Below are positions 1 to 13,200 of a DNA stretch of 64,000 bases, piece after piece. Origin of the DNA: Callorhinchus milii (Eukaryota); NCBI RefSeq assembly GCF_018977255.1, contig NW_024704743.1, positions 83,020,001 to 83,084,000 on the forward strand. The letters run 5' to 3'. Within the stretch, counting starts at the first letter, position 1, and each line of letters begins with the position of its first letter. The notes below the pieces were generated by a model. The model was not told the DNA's origin. It saw only the letters and a program-made list of their open reading frames with translations, and ran no database searches. The translations under genes and the position numbers were made by a program.

Positions 1-3000
1 TAACGTCTGAAAGCCACTTGTAATTGAAGAAAGTACTTTCATTTCTATTAATATAACGTTAATTTTCATGGTGTAAAAATATTGTTGATTGTAGAGTCAT
101 TTGTGAATAGCAGCTTGTGTAAATGTGTTTTGTTTTTAATTAAAGAAAAATCAGGAAAAGTTTTATAGAGCTTCCGGAGAGAACTGAAATTCAATTAAAA
201 AAACACAATAAGGATCGCTGGGTGAATGTCATCTATGTACTTATAGATTTTAGTTGTCATTTGATTGTATTCCTTAAAAATTGACTTTAAAATTGCTTGT
301 GGAAAGATGCTGAATACTTTCAAAGACAAATGTACCTTGTCTGCAGGAATTATGTATTATATCTAAATAATAAATGGCACAAGAAGGTGTATATGTGTAT
401 ATGTGTACATAGGCAGCTGCATTGTTAATTAGGCGATGTTGTGACATTTTAATATTTTACACACATTACCATATTAATCATAACAATTTTGCACGGTGTA
501 ATTACAATGTTATTATATGGCAGAAAAAGGTAACCATGCCGCACAGGACGCTTAGTGTTCAGACAGCTGAAATCCAATCTTCTATGAAAAATACATTTTA
601 CAATTAAGAAATACTATCGTTTATCATCCGTAGTGAAAAGGAATGGTGCCGGTACAGCAGAGGTTAAAACGCTCCTTGCTGTGTTGTTTTTCTTCATAAC
701 TCTAGGTAAACAGCTTTTGCTGCCTTTTAATGCACAGGTTAAGTGTAGTTCTGGGCTATTATACATCATTAGAGTAAGTAATATTCAACTGTGAAAGAAA
801 GATGGAAGCTTTTCACTTGTGGTCACTCGGACATTTCATTTGTCATCTAGCACAGTGCTGCAGAAATTAGTTTTGGCAGCCCTGATATAATTTACAGCCT
901 GGCATCCTGAAATTAAGCAATGAATCACACCATTTTCGCTGATTAGAGTTAATACATTTTTTCCTGAACACATATTTTGTGAAACAGTGCAGTAGATATG
1001 AAACTTTACCTATCGCACCCCAGTCATTTCTCATTGCAGTGCATGTGTGATCCCTCACCTGCGATGCATATTGTGCATAGGTTACCCGGTACACATATTT
1101 ATGTGGTCATTCATAAAAATTAACCATGTGAACCCTTTGGGATTTTTCTTCCTCTCCTGCCTTACACGAAAGTACCACAGTGAATGTCAGTAATTGACTC
1201 AATACAGGCTGATGGATTGAGGGTCCAGTACATAATAATCAAGTGAATTGAGGTCATTGGATTAAGCCTGAGGGCCATGCAGTCCATATCTGGTCAATAG
1301 CAAATTTATTATATTCAAATCCAATAAAAGGAAAACGGCCTTTGAATGGAATACATTTATTTTTATTTTATGCCCCCCCCACCGAAGCTACAGGAGCCAC
1401 ACTCAGTCTGTAGTACCTTTTGTAGATCCTTTACAGACTGAATTTTGCAACAATTTTGTAACATTTCTTCACTTGTTAAAATGCCTTTTCTATTTGTTTT
1501 AGATTTTGTTTTAGATTTTTACTTTGTCAATGCTCCTTGTATTTATAGACTGCAGCCAAAGACTGCAGTGTGTTTCAGTGTTGTTCTTATCTGACTAATT
1601 TAACCATGTTGAAAAATTGCTTGGAATGCTGTAGTGAGACTGGGTTTCTGTTCAAGTCAGTTTTTATGTAACACATTTTTGATGGGAATAAAATTGGTCT
1701 CTGTAGGCCTTCAAAAAAAGCCATATTGCAGTTTTAAGCACGAGTATCCAGAATTGTTCATATTGCCAGACTAATCCAATGCACATTTAAGAGACATCTG
1801 CCTAAATGTTTCTTCTGCCTTTTGAAATTCAATTTAACCTAATTTTGGTCTATTTAGAATCCTGAGTTTATAGTGCATAAATGTGGGAACATACAACTGA
1901 ACAAGACTGGAAAAGATGACTGCAGTCCATCTGGTCAATCCCAAAGCAAAAACAAAATCGTACACTACTCTCATACCCTTCAATTGATTTCTTTGCCAAA
2001 TAACTATTTAATTCGCTCTTGAATTTGCTGACACATTGTGCCTTCACGTCCTCAGTGGGGTAGTCTAGTCCACATATTCTCCAAAGTAATTAAATCTAAG
2101 CTAGCTGTTCACCTTCCCTGTTCGAGTCTGCTCCCTTCTGAGCTTGAGTCTGTGCCCCTTATAGAGATTGTGACTGTCAAACATTTTATGAGGGATCAGT
2201 TCATCTGTACTCTCTAGGATCTTGAATAGATAAAAGCTTTCATTTTCCTCACACATTACCAGTGTGCAGTGCAGTATTGCACCATGCAACACGCTTCTTG
2301 AACGCTACAATTTTCTATTGACTACATTCTTGAAAATGCAAAGATTTCTTCTTGAAGGTTAAACATCTTCACTTCTTGGATGTGTTTAACCCTTCATGAA
2401 AATAGAATTGTTTGCCCTTGAGAAAAGTGGGAGCAAGATTATATCTTTCTAGCTTTTTGCAAGAATGCTCTTATTTAGGAATGAACTATGAATTCATATG
2501 TTTTGGGATTTTTACTTTTATTATTAACAGACAGTTTTTTATTGTTAAAATCTGTGCATTTTTACTTGGCATTTGAACTTTCTTCATATGATTAGCATAA
2601 TGCTAATCTGTTATTATTTCAAGTCATTTAAGTTTCATTTATTCCTGTGAAAAGGCAATAAGTGCTAAAAGTATTTTTCACTTTTTAGGACACTTTGGAG
2701 TGTTTGCTATCAGCTGTCTAATTGGTACTCGTGAAATAAGGGGGGAGTGCTTATGTAGCTGCACAGATCATCTTTGGCAATGTCAAGCCGGGACATCAAT
2801 CAGTCCATCTGGGTAAAATCACAAGCTGACTCAGTTACTGCTAAATATTTATACTGTCAAATATATACAGGCATAAGATGAAAGAAGGCATTCATTAGGA
2901 ATTCTACAGCTTGTCAGTTTAAAGATGTAGATCAGAACAAACCTCCCACTATGGTAGTGCTCAGGCTCCGTAAAAGACTATATTTAGCAATTCTTAAGAG

Positions 3001-4187
3001 TAAATATCGTCCTATTGCCTCATTTAGGTAAATATAGTATAAATATTGTTACCATGATTTTATGGTAATCTAAACAAATCCCTGTTTGGAGTGCTTCTTG
3101 GTAAGGTATATTGTAATAAATTGATGTACTTTATAATTCATTTAACCCTTTCATTGACCTTCCCCGGTTTGTGCAGGAGATTAAGTGCAGTTAGGTACAG
3201 GACAGGCGAGCAGATCAATTTTGATGGGAAGTTTATCCACATGTGACAATTCTTATGGTTTTAACTTGTTATCTTCATGATGCACAATGGAAAGCAATAT
3301 CCCATCACGTGTCAAGATTTATAGTACGTGATCCTGGGCTGATTTGTAAGGAAGGAGATGTCGCTGTTAATAACCTGTCCCATTGCCTTTGTTATTTTCT
3401 CACTAAGTTAAACTGTGGTAAGATATCTTTCTGATTTGGTCATGGTTATGCCTGCGTGTTATTTGTGTTGAGGGATGTTATTAGTCCTTACAATGTAGCA
3501 GAATTTATGTAGTATACTTAAACAGAATCAAAGAGGTAAACTTGAGCTGGGCACTTCAAATTGGTGTCAGCCTTTTTTTGCCAATATTTTATACAGTGAA
3601 TACATCAATGTTAATAGAAAAATTTATTCACCACATAGTCGTTACCATATTCCAATGCTGTTCTCTGTATGATAGAAGTATATGACTTAATTTAAAACAA
3701 TCAATCTATCAGCCTTCTGTTTGGATTTTGAATGTGGTTTTACTAACCTAATCAACTGGGAAGAAGATAGAGTTCTTCATAGAAGCAATACGGATACTGT
3801 CAGCTCATCAAACCTGCTGGCTGTGCCTGAAGTGGGGCAAATATGTGCTAGTAAAGCATACTGGCACTTTGAAGAATGATTCTAGTCCATGTTGATACTT
3901 TTATTCCAGGGGGCAGAGTCGGTACATGAATGTTCTGCCACTTTTGTTGGTTTTATTTATGCCTTCCACTTTGAGCCCTGCCCATAGGTGTACAGTGGAG
4001 TTTGTTCAAAGACTAATGGCTACTGCCATGTATAACCCCAGCATTTACTTTTGCAAAGTTTAAGCCGCTTGTTAGTATTGAAGACAAGGGAGAGAACACA
4101 CACTCCATTCCGGGCACAGGTGCAGGTAGCATATACCTCAGTCTGGTTTGGATAGTCTTAAGCATGGTGATGGGTTTCTCCATATAT

Positions 4188-4430
4188 CAGAAGTCACTGG
4201 GAACACTCAGCAGGTCTGACAGCATCTATGGTGAAAGGAAAGTGAGTCAACGTTTCGGGTCCATGACCCTTCATCAGAACCAAAGTTCTGAGTTCTGACG
4301 AAGGGTTGTGGACTCGGAAACGTTGACTTACTTTCCTTTCTCCATAGATGCTGCCTGACCTGCTGAGTGTTCCCAGCGACTTCTGTTTTTGTTTCAGATT
4401 TCCAGCATCTGCAGTATTTTGCGTTTTGTT
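4188..4430. mobile_element. Penelope-like (PLE) palindromic terminal-repeat remnant with hammerhead motifs
   Basis: Inverted arms 4188-4280 and 4292-4385 (cagcaggtctgacagcatctatgg... / ...ccatagatgctgcctgacctgctg). Each arm carries CTGANGA-stem-GAAACGTT. It resembles the abundant chondrichthyan palindromic PLE-derived repeat. Confidence 0.7.
4289..4330 (+). ncRNA. Minimal type I hammerhead ribozyme motif (mirror copy on the - strand at about 4243-4280)
   Basis: Stem I tgagtt/gactta; core CTGACGA at 4295-4301; stem II gggtt/gactc; GAAA at 4317-4320; palindromic ACGT in place of stem III. Confidence 0.55.
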
Positions 4431-4819
4431 CTCTGTGTATCAGTTCGCTGACTGGTTTGAAGTGACGGACCTGACCGACGACAAAACATGATACAGCTCC
4501 TGTCATCTCAGCTTGTGTTTGTTTCAGTAGAATAAAGCATTTTTTCAACCTTAACTGCTAATTTGTGCCTGTTGCAAATTTGTGCCTACAGCTTAAGAAG
4601 GGAAAAATGAAAACTACCTGATCAGTGATCTGTCTGGCTTTTAAATCCATTTTAAAATGACGTCCTTACCCATCGCCACTGAGCATTATATTTGAGGGTC
4701 TTTTCTGGGCAGTTATCTCACTACTTCTGATATAACAGCATTAACTTTCTTTTCTTTTCAATTATACTTTGTAAGGCGCCTCATTTATTTTATGTGAAAA
4801 ACACTAGAATGCACATTAT

Positions 4820-5135
4820 TAATAATGATAATAATCCTTGTTTTTGATATTGTGCCTTATCATGTCAAAATGACGTCTCAAAACGCTTCACAGGATTTCA
4901 ATGTTGAGTGTTGTGACTATATGTTTGTAGGTAAACGCAGCAGCTATGAAGTAAGCACCAATTTTATTTTGAGGGATTGTTGGCCAGGACACCAAGATAA
5001 ACCCCCTCCTCTTTTTGTGTGTTGTCTGTGGGATCTTCAACGTTCGCCTGAACAGGCAGACGGGAATTTGGTATAACAACAACAACTTGCATTTATATAG
5101 CTCCCTCCACCCAGGTTAGCGTCTCAGAGCGCTTA
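4820..5135 (-). mobile_element. Degenerate Deu-type SINE plus adjacent L2-tail fragment
   Basis: Reverse complement of the (ATT)n-ending tail (aataatccttg...tcaaaacgcttcacagg) and Deu-like body, followed by a (CAA)n-led tail at 5075-5135. Confidence 0.65.
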
Positions 5136-7289
5136 AATGTGTTTTAATGTGTCATCTGAAGGACAGGATTATTATTACTATGATGGCTGTATGCAAATAA
5201 TTCAAAACTACATAAAGAATAGCTCCAACTGTGAATGAAACAGGTTTTTTTCTCATTGTGAAATAGGACATCAAAAAAATCTTCTCATATATGAAAGCTC
5301 TAGTAGAAGTTTTGTTTTGCTGTGTGTGTATCTCTGAAGTTGAAGAACACAATCATCTGTTCGGCCACTGACCATGGATTCCTAAACACAAATGATTGTG
5401 TATATCCAGATTTACACGGTACCTGTGACTTACAACTATGGTTTGTGGCCCATGTTGCTTGCTTTCCATAAGCAACTACTGCAGTGTTTTAGTGAAATGT
5501 TAACATGACACGACAATGCACCAGACTCCAGATTGCCATTTATGGCACAAATGATAGCATGGCCATCAATGGAGTCATTAACATGATGGACACAAAATGC
5601 GGTCTTATACAGCCACAGCTGGGTCTGTGCTGCATGCAAACCTTGGAACCGTTGAAATCCTGATTAGAAATCCCCCTTAGAAATCTGTAGAATCGTGAGC
5701 CAAACACTGAGTGAAGCAAAAATGTGCTGGGAAGCATCAGTTGGCCACAATAAATCACTCCACAGCCAGGATACTAAATGTATCCAAAAGCCGTGTTTCC
5801 GTCCATTTAAAGAAATGTTAACTGCTTTATCTGATTCCGTTCCTCTGCCATATGTGTTGTGTTAATGAGGAAATGGTGGTGTGCAGGAAATGTTAATGTA
5901 TCCACTTATTTTTCTAAATTTCTCTCCTGGCATATGCCTCTCTGCTCGTGGTCTAGCCATCTCTTGTTGGGATGAGGTTGTACATGCACTGGTTACTGCA
6001 TCTAAGTGGTCAAGGTTCATGTCTGAGCTTTGGCAGTGAGTGTTGGTGGGTAACTCGACTGTAGAGGGCATCACAGACAAGCCTGACCTCTCCCCACCTG
6101 GCTGCCACACAAACACACACTAAATAGAGGGTGCTATAGAAGGAACTGCCTGGTGTTCCCTTCCTTAAACCTGGGAAGGCACTTTGGCCAATTTATCCTC
6201 CTCGTGCAACCTCAGTTGAGAACAGCAAATGCGGCACAGACTGGGTTCCAAGCAGCGAGCCCCCGGTCTATAAGTTGCAGATCTGTCACTACACCATCAA
6301 GGCTGCCACCATGAAAATAATATCTGTAGGTATAAAAGAATATGCATAATATAAAAATTCTAAATTACAGTGATATAATCCCCCACCACACCCAGACCTC
6401 AGGGTGTTTTGCTTTTGAGCAACGGAAACCCAGAGAATTTTTTTGAGTTTGAGTCTTAGCCTTGGCTGTCAGTTAATATGGTACATGTTCTCAGGGTGGG
6501 GTCTTCCCAGTTTGTTTCTCTGGTAATGGTTAATATACTGACTTGATGTGGAGCATCAGTAAGGGAACATGAAGAATAGAAAAAAACAGCAGAAGGACAC
6601 CAGAACGCTTTAAAGCTATACCAGTTAATAAATAATCCTTGCATTTGAAACGTGTTGTCAAACAATCTCTGAATGTACACGGTGGGGAGCTTGGACCTTT
6701 CTGTCCTGATGGCTGACACTGAAAGAGTGGTGAGAAAGACGGAAAAAAAAAGCAAGTGAAAATGGAACACCCCAGCAGAATTTTTTTTTACCAAACTGCT
6801 TAAATCAATTGATATTGAAATCATGAGTTTTTCAGACGTTCCATTCCAAATGTTGAGGCATTTTTGCGTCAAGCAAAACATTAACAGTTGTCGGACAAAA
6901 TTTTTCAGAAATATCACAAGAACGCTTACACTTGGGCATAATTCACATTTACACTGCTGGGTTACTTGCTGGCAATCAGGAACTTGTCAACACTTCAACT
7001 AATGGGTTTTAATCAGAAACTGTTTGTAATAGCAAGCTTACAGTATTTGAATATGAAGATTTCTATAATTTTGTTGTCAGCTTGTGATGTATTCTGATGC
7101 TAATTATTAGGAACAATTATGGTTTCCTAATAACAAAAGAAGAAGCCATAAATTAAACCTGCTTACCTTCAGCCTCTTTATAACCTTTATGACGTTGTTG
7201 GTATAAAGGAATATATATTTTTTGCAAAGTACGTTAATTATTATTGGTGATCATTCTTTCAAGTCTACTTTTTAAAATTTTTTTGCAAT

Positions 7290-10200
7290 GTGTCAGTTTG
7301 TGTTGACGAGCTCTGTACCCAGTATTTTCTCAATCCCTGGGATTTGCGCCTGTACCTCCCATAGACTGCTTACTTCATTTCGATATTCAGGAACCATAAT
7401 TAGTGCTGTAATTAGCATGCGGAGCCATCAAACTAAGACTGTTAGAATCATGGGACATTTCTCATCACTCCTACTGATGTACATTTGATAAAGAGTCTTT
7501 ATCTGAAGTGTTAAACATCCTGATTGTTACACAGAAGTCTTGCTGTTGAGTATTTGATGAGAAGCTCTCTATGGAGATCACTCACGTTGTCAATTTTCAT
7601 AAAAGCAATTATGGTTGACGATCTTCTAATGTACACATGTGTTAGACCGCGTTAGTAGTTTCAATATTCGTGTTTCAGAAAGAGCTGGCCTCTGGGCTTT
7701 AAACACACTGGATTTCTCAAAGTTTCTGTATACCTCTATAACTCACGTTAATACATTTTGACTAGCATTTCTCTAGCATTTTTGGAGAAATGTCTTTAGG
7801 GTCTTGCCATTTTTTATCATTGAAGCAGCTCTTTGGCAATTTTACAATTTTTTCACATTTGTTCTTAGAAATCGCCACATCCAAAAGTTTTTGTTTTCAG
7901 ATTGTGGCTGGAATTCTCTACGTCTATGTCTGTTATTTTCCTCTGTTTAGATGAGTTCTCTACGTCTGCTATTATCTGATTGGAGAATGTGCTAGACAAA
8001 GGATCGTGGTATAAAAGAGATGTTATGGACGGGAACTGTATTTGTTCGAAAAGCTTTACGGGTCGAAAGGTTATCTTTTGGAGATCATGAGTTACACCAC
8101 TAATTTCTGTAATTGGTTGTAAGTGCATTGTCACAACTCCCTCGATGCAGCTTTATTTGAATGATCCTAACACTTGCTGGATAGTCATCAGGGAACAGAT
8201 TGAGCTCGCAATCAATAATTGTTTCAGTGTGTTTTCATCTCCAGTTTGCCTTTGCTACAGTGGTGGAAGGAGAAAGAAACGCTGGCACCAGAATTCTTTC
8301 AGAGCATCATTTTTATACCTCATTCACAATTTAGAAAATATTTGTAATGTGTTATTTACTCGGGTGCAGGGGTCCATCTATTTAAATTATTTGTATGATT
8401 TCTTGTTATTTATTATTTTCACTGTGTCTTCCTTTATTTTTTGTTGTCTTCTTCATAGTGTGTTTTTCTTTTTGACTCTTTTGCCGCGGTGATCAATTCT
8501 TCATTTATTCATTATCCAACACATACTATTAAAGAACTCATCTAAACAGAGGAAAATAACAGGTTCACGGTCACTAAGATTTCTTGTGTTCCAAATATGT
8601 CACATGACCCTTCCTGTGGTGTATATAACTCCATCCTTCAGGTTACTCCCTGTAGTTCTTTTCTTCCTATTGGCAGGAAGCCACCACCTACTTACCCACA
8701 GTCACAGATTTATTGTTTTCTGTGTTAGGAAAAGTTTAAAGTTTTCTTTCAACTTGATCGTGGTCAATTTTGCTCCACAAAAACAAAACGCTTACATCTT
8801 AACCTTAACAAAATAGACTGCTCACTTCATTTGCATCTACCGTTCTGACATTTTACAACCTATTCAGCTAACATCAGTCGGTGCCCTCTGCTTGAACTCT
8901 CCTGTACTTCGATTAATGCCCCCAAGGACTTCAGAATCTGCATATCCTGCCGTTAAGGATTTCATCTGTCAGACAGATAGACTCGGTAGTTGTGTTGTCT
9001 ACTAACACACCATTGCTTCTGTCTCACTCACTCATTGTCAGAGTTTCTTCAATTGGCTCAATTAACAGCCTTGGAAAAGGCAGCATGGTCTCCATGAAGC
9101 TAATATGGCAGATGTAGGAGGCAAGCAGCCACTGATCAGGTTGAAATTGTTTCTACAAAATGCCAGAAGTCTCATAAGTATCACTCTTAGTGTGCCAATT
9201 GACTCTCTGGGTCAACCACATACAGGGAATGCTGAAAGCATTAGTAGGTCTAACGCATTCTTTGTAGGGCAATTTCATCCAACATCAGCCAGTGAATGAG
9301 ATTTGTCAGTATTAACTGCTGTTTATATGATCTCATTTTTTTGTAATATAAATTTTGCCCATTTTGACAGTGGAGCAAGGGGAGAAGGGTAGAGAGGTTC
9401 CAACCACACTGAATGTTATTCCCATCATTCAGATCTCCAGCTTTAGTCAACTGCATATCTTTTAATTTAATGGAGCATTTTGTATATTTTGCATTTCCAA
9501 TGGCCTATAATCAGCACCAGGATCAGCATCAGCATTGATGTTAACTGCTGCACTACTGCCATTTTTATTGCTTCTTCTCTCTTGACTTTCTCCTTGTGTT
9601 GTACACATTTTCGGGGTGAAACAATGAGACTACTCGACTGCCTCTGCCATTACCGTTATATACTCAATAGTTTTTGACTAAGAAGTGTGTGAGAGCTGCC
9701 CATGCTGGGCCTTTCATCTTTCCTCACTCCTTGTGGTTAAAGCTCTGCATTGATGGCATGAACTCGAAGTACGAAGAGTCATGGGCACAAACTACCATGC
9801 CATCCTTTTCACTGCTACAGGTACCATCTCTATCCATCATTCAACATGGATTTGTCATTATGAGTTTCACATCACAACAACTTGTGTGGTAGCTTCAAAC
9901 TGCATCAGTCAGTACAGCAGCCCAGTTGACCTTGATCGATGAATTCTACCTTGAACCTCCATCCGTCATATGGAAACTTTGGCTGAAGGAATGGTGCTAA
10001 CCAAACCAGATGATTCATCAGATGAATCTGATTTAACAAAAACCTTGAAGATCCCATTTTTAGTCCGATTTCAAGACTTTTCTACCCTGCGCTTCCCACA
10101 TTTTTTAGCCCCTGCGGCCTAAATGGAGAACCTCTGATCAATTTTAGAGGTCCTCTACCAGTGTTCCCTCTATTTCTGCACCTCTACATTTTCCAGGAGA

Positions 10201-13200
10201 AGATACAAATTGACCAGAGATAGATATGAGACAGATGGAGGAGAATGGTCTGCTCTTATGTTAAGATCAATCGCAAAAGGTGAAAAAAGCAGCAGAAAAT
10301 TATTGTCTTTGAAATTGAATAATTGAGCAATGATTTGTCTACATCTTCAGAAAGACATAATTAAATTCCAGTTGAATTAGTGGAAATACAGCAATTGGTC
10401 AAGCAGAAGACAACCGCTGATCATATAGCTGAAGATGCCAGAGAACTTTGAATTGTCTCATTGATTGAATGCTCCTGAAGACAGTATGTTCCTTTTGTGT
10501 CGATATACCGCTAGGGTAACAGGCAAGCAGAGTAAGGAAACTTGCCTAATAATAATAATCCTTGCATTTGGTATAGCGCTTTTCACGTCGGGAAGACGTC
10601 CCAAAGCGCTTCACAGAACACATTGTAAAGTGAATTGACTGTATATTTGTGGGCGAACGCGGCAGCCAATTGCACACAGCAATTGAAAATGACCAATTTA
10701 TTATTGTTTTTGGTTTTGGAGGGATTATTATTAGGGGTGTGGAGTAAGGAAACTTGCCCAAGGTTTCGCCCTGCCTGGAATTGAACTCAGGTCTCTCACT
10801 TGCAAAGCGAGTGCTCTAACCACTAAGCTACAGGACTCCACGTCAGAAGCTGAGGTTGAAAGACCTGATCTTTCTGAATCTACACTGCCTGAATCTATGA
10901 AAGTATGATCAGTAACGTAATGTGTCTTACACTGCTACATTGTTACTGGGCTCGAGGAGGGTTTCCCTCAGTGTTACCTTGTGTTCTTTGGAAACGGTTA
11001 CCCTGAAAGAGAGGTCATCATTATCTGAGCAGCAGACATTGGAATTATGAGCTCTTCTCATCAAAGGAGTATTTGAGTACAGATCTCTGCACGCTGCCAG
11101 CTCTCGGACCACTCATAAAGCATTTCTTTCTGTAATTTGCTATCGATCCGATTTAATCCTTCTGTTGAAGTAGAAAGACTAGCTGTGTATTTCCTTACTG
11201 TGGTCTGGATGGACTGCCCAAAAATGTAGTCATGGAAATCTCACAAGTAGACAAGTACAAAACAGAATTCTTACCCATTGTTCGTTGCATTTCACAGACC
11301 TGAAAGTTGGACTCTTGCATCACCTCAAACCCTGTTTGCAATCGTCACATTTATGTCTCATAAGGATTACTCTAGAGTATTCTGATGAGGCAGAATTCTT
11401 CTCATGAAGGCTGGGTCACCAAATATATCAACATCTGGCATATCACTGAATGCATTCACCTGACAAAGTTTCTGCCTTTGGATAAATGCCTTGCCATTAC
11501 CTATGTGCCCAGGCCACCTTGTGTGTACTACAATCGCCTCTACTTGCAGGGCATGGTGGTGGTGCTGCAGGTGTTAGAGGCTGGTCTTCAATGCCCGCGG
11601 CTTCAGTATTTTCTCCATACTGCTCGACCTTCATCTGTTGCTTTTCAAAACAAACCATATTATTATTGCGTGCAGTTTTGATTAGTACATTATTCATGTC
11701 TGCTGATACTTGTAACTGTACATGTTGTAGTAATGTACAGTAGCATCAGCATTAGATTGCGGGACCACTGTGTACAAAACCATCTGCATTGTTGCCTTCC
11801 AGCAGTTTCAAAGTTGCCACCCCTTTTATGCTCTCCCTTCCGAATAATTGCATCCTAGAGGGGTGTGAGCTCCTCAGAGTGGCATATCCTCTTCCTGCCC
11901 TTGCCCTACAATTGAATGCCAGCTTGGACTGCAGAAAAATCAGAAACATTTCCATTAAGTTAAATTTTTTTTAATTCTATCCCTGTCCACAGTGCCTCTC
12001 GTTCACAATCATCTAAAGGCTTGCATGCACTTGCTGATAGCATAACCGGTGTTGCCCATAAACTTTGCATATTCCCATTAGTTATGTTTCTGCATATGTG
12101 CTTGTTATTTGTGAGAGGGGTAATAATTGTTATGCAATAATACTACAATTACAAGTTGCATTTCTTCATCAGCTTCCTGGATGTCCTTTGTGTTTCCTCT
12201 GAGAAGCATTCACCCAGTAATTGCCACTTATGCCATTCCTTTCCATCTTTGTGGGTGCTCTGCCCATCCCCCTAAAGTTATCTTGCCTTTGTGCTGCCAT
12301 CATAAATTGTACTTTGCAAGGCTCACCCACCATGAGTGTTCTCCACCTCCCACCACTGTATTAACATCTAGTTGCCTAGTTAAAAGGAACAACTGCTACC
12401 TTTTTCCCCCCAGATATTCATTTATAGAAGCAACCATCTGAATGACTCATGACACATGATTTCACCCCTTTGCATATACTCAGGGAAAATGTGGAGTGAT
12501 CGGGCACAACCAATGATAATGCTGCCCACACACACTGGCATCCATTGTGATAGATGTCACTTTACAATCAATACTTGGACCATGGACGTGTCTAGTCTGA
12601 CTGGGAACAAAGGTATGTCCAGGAGACACTATAGATTTACTGGATGAATTTTGCGTACCAAATTTCTGAGATTCAATTTGTAATCAGAGTTACTTTAGCT
12701 TCTGAAATGGACTCTGCTTGTGCAGAACATGGCACTCCAGAGGTACAATGATTTCCATTGATCTTGGTGCAAGATTTGCTGTACATTTTACAATGTTAGG
12801 AAGTTCGGTAGATATGAGTCACTACCTCATATTGCAGACCCTTTAAAGTCACCTCAGGCTTCACTATCCTGTGATCTTTTCAAAAAACTATTTTAGCAGC
12901 CTATTCATAATGTAGCAATATGTCGTCCCGCTCAGTGTATTATCACCCAGCTATTTCTGCATTTTCTTTTGAATGGGTTTCCCTGACTGGATGTTAAGAA
13001 AGCTTCATTCATGCCATTCCTTAACATCTAGGTACCTAGTTAAAAGGAATAGCTGCTACGTTTTTCAGGTAATTATAAATTCTGCGCAACTATTCATTTC
13101 CAAAAGCATTCCTATCTTAGAAAAGTCCTTCACAAAGCAATGTTTGGTGATATCAACTATCAGGGAGAGTAATGTTGGCCCACGACAATTGCTATTCTTC

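Noticed and set aside
5436..5758. Possible PIF/Harbinger transposase remnant (IDGH/AING-like words)
   Set aside because: No further DDE-domain motifs in any frame; chance resemblance is likely.
6456..6917. 153-aa minus-strand ORF
   Set aside because: No motif, composition typical of AT-rich non-coding DNA, and no splice support.
8100..9300. Assigning the fossil island to L1/Tx1, Helitron or Gypsy
   Set aside because: Only vague single-motif resemblances; no diagnostic catalytic motifs in the right order.
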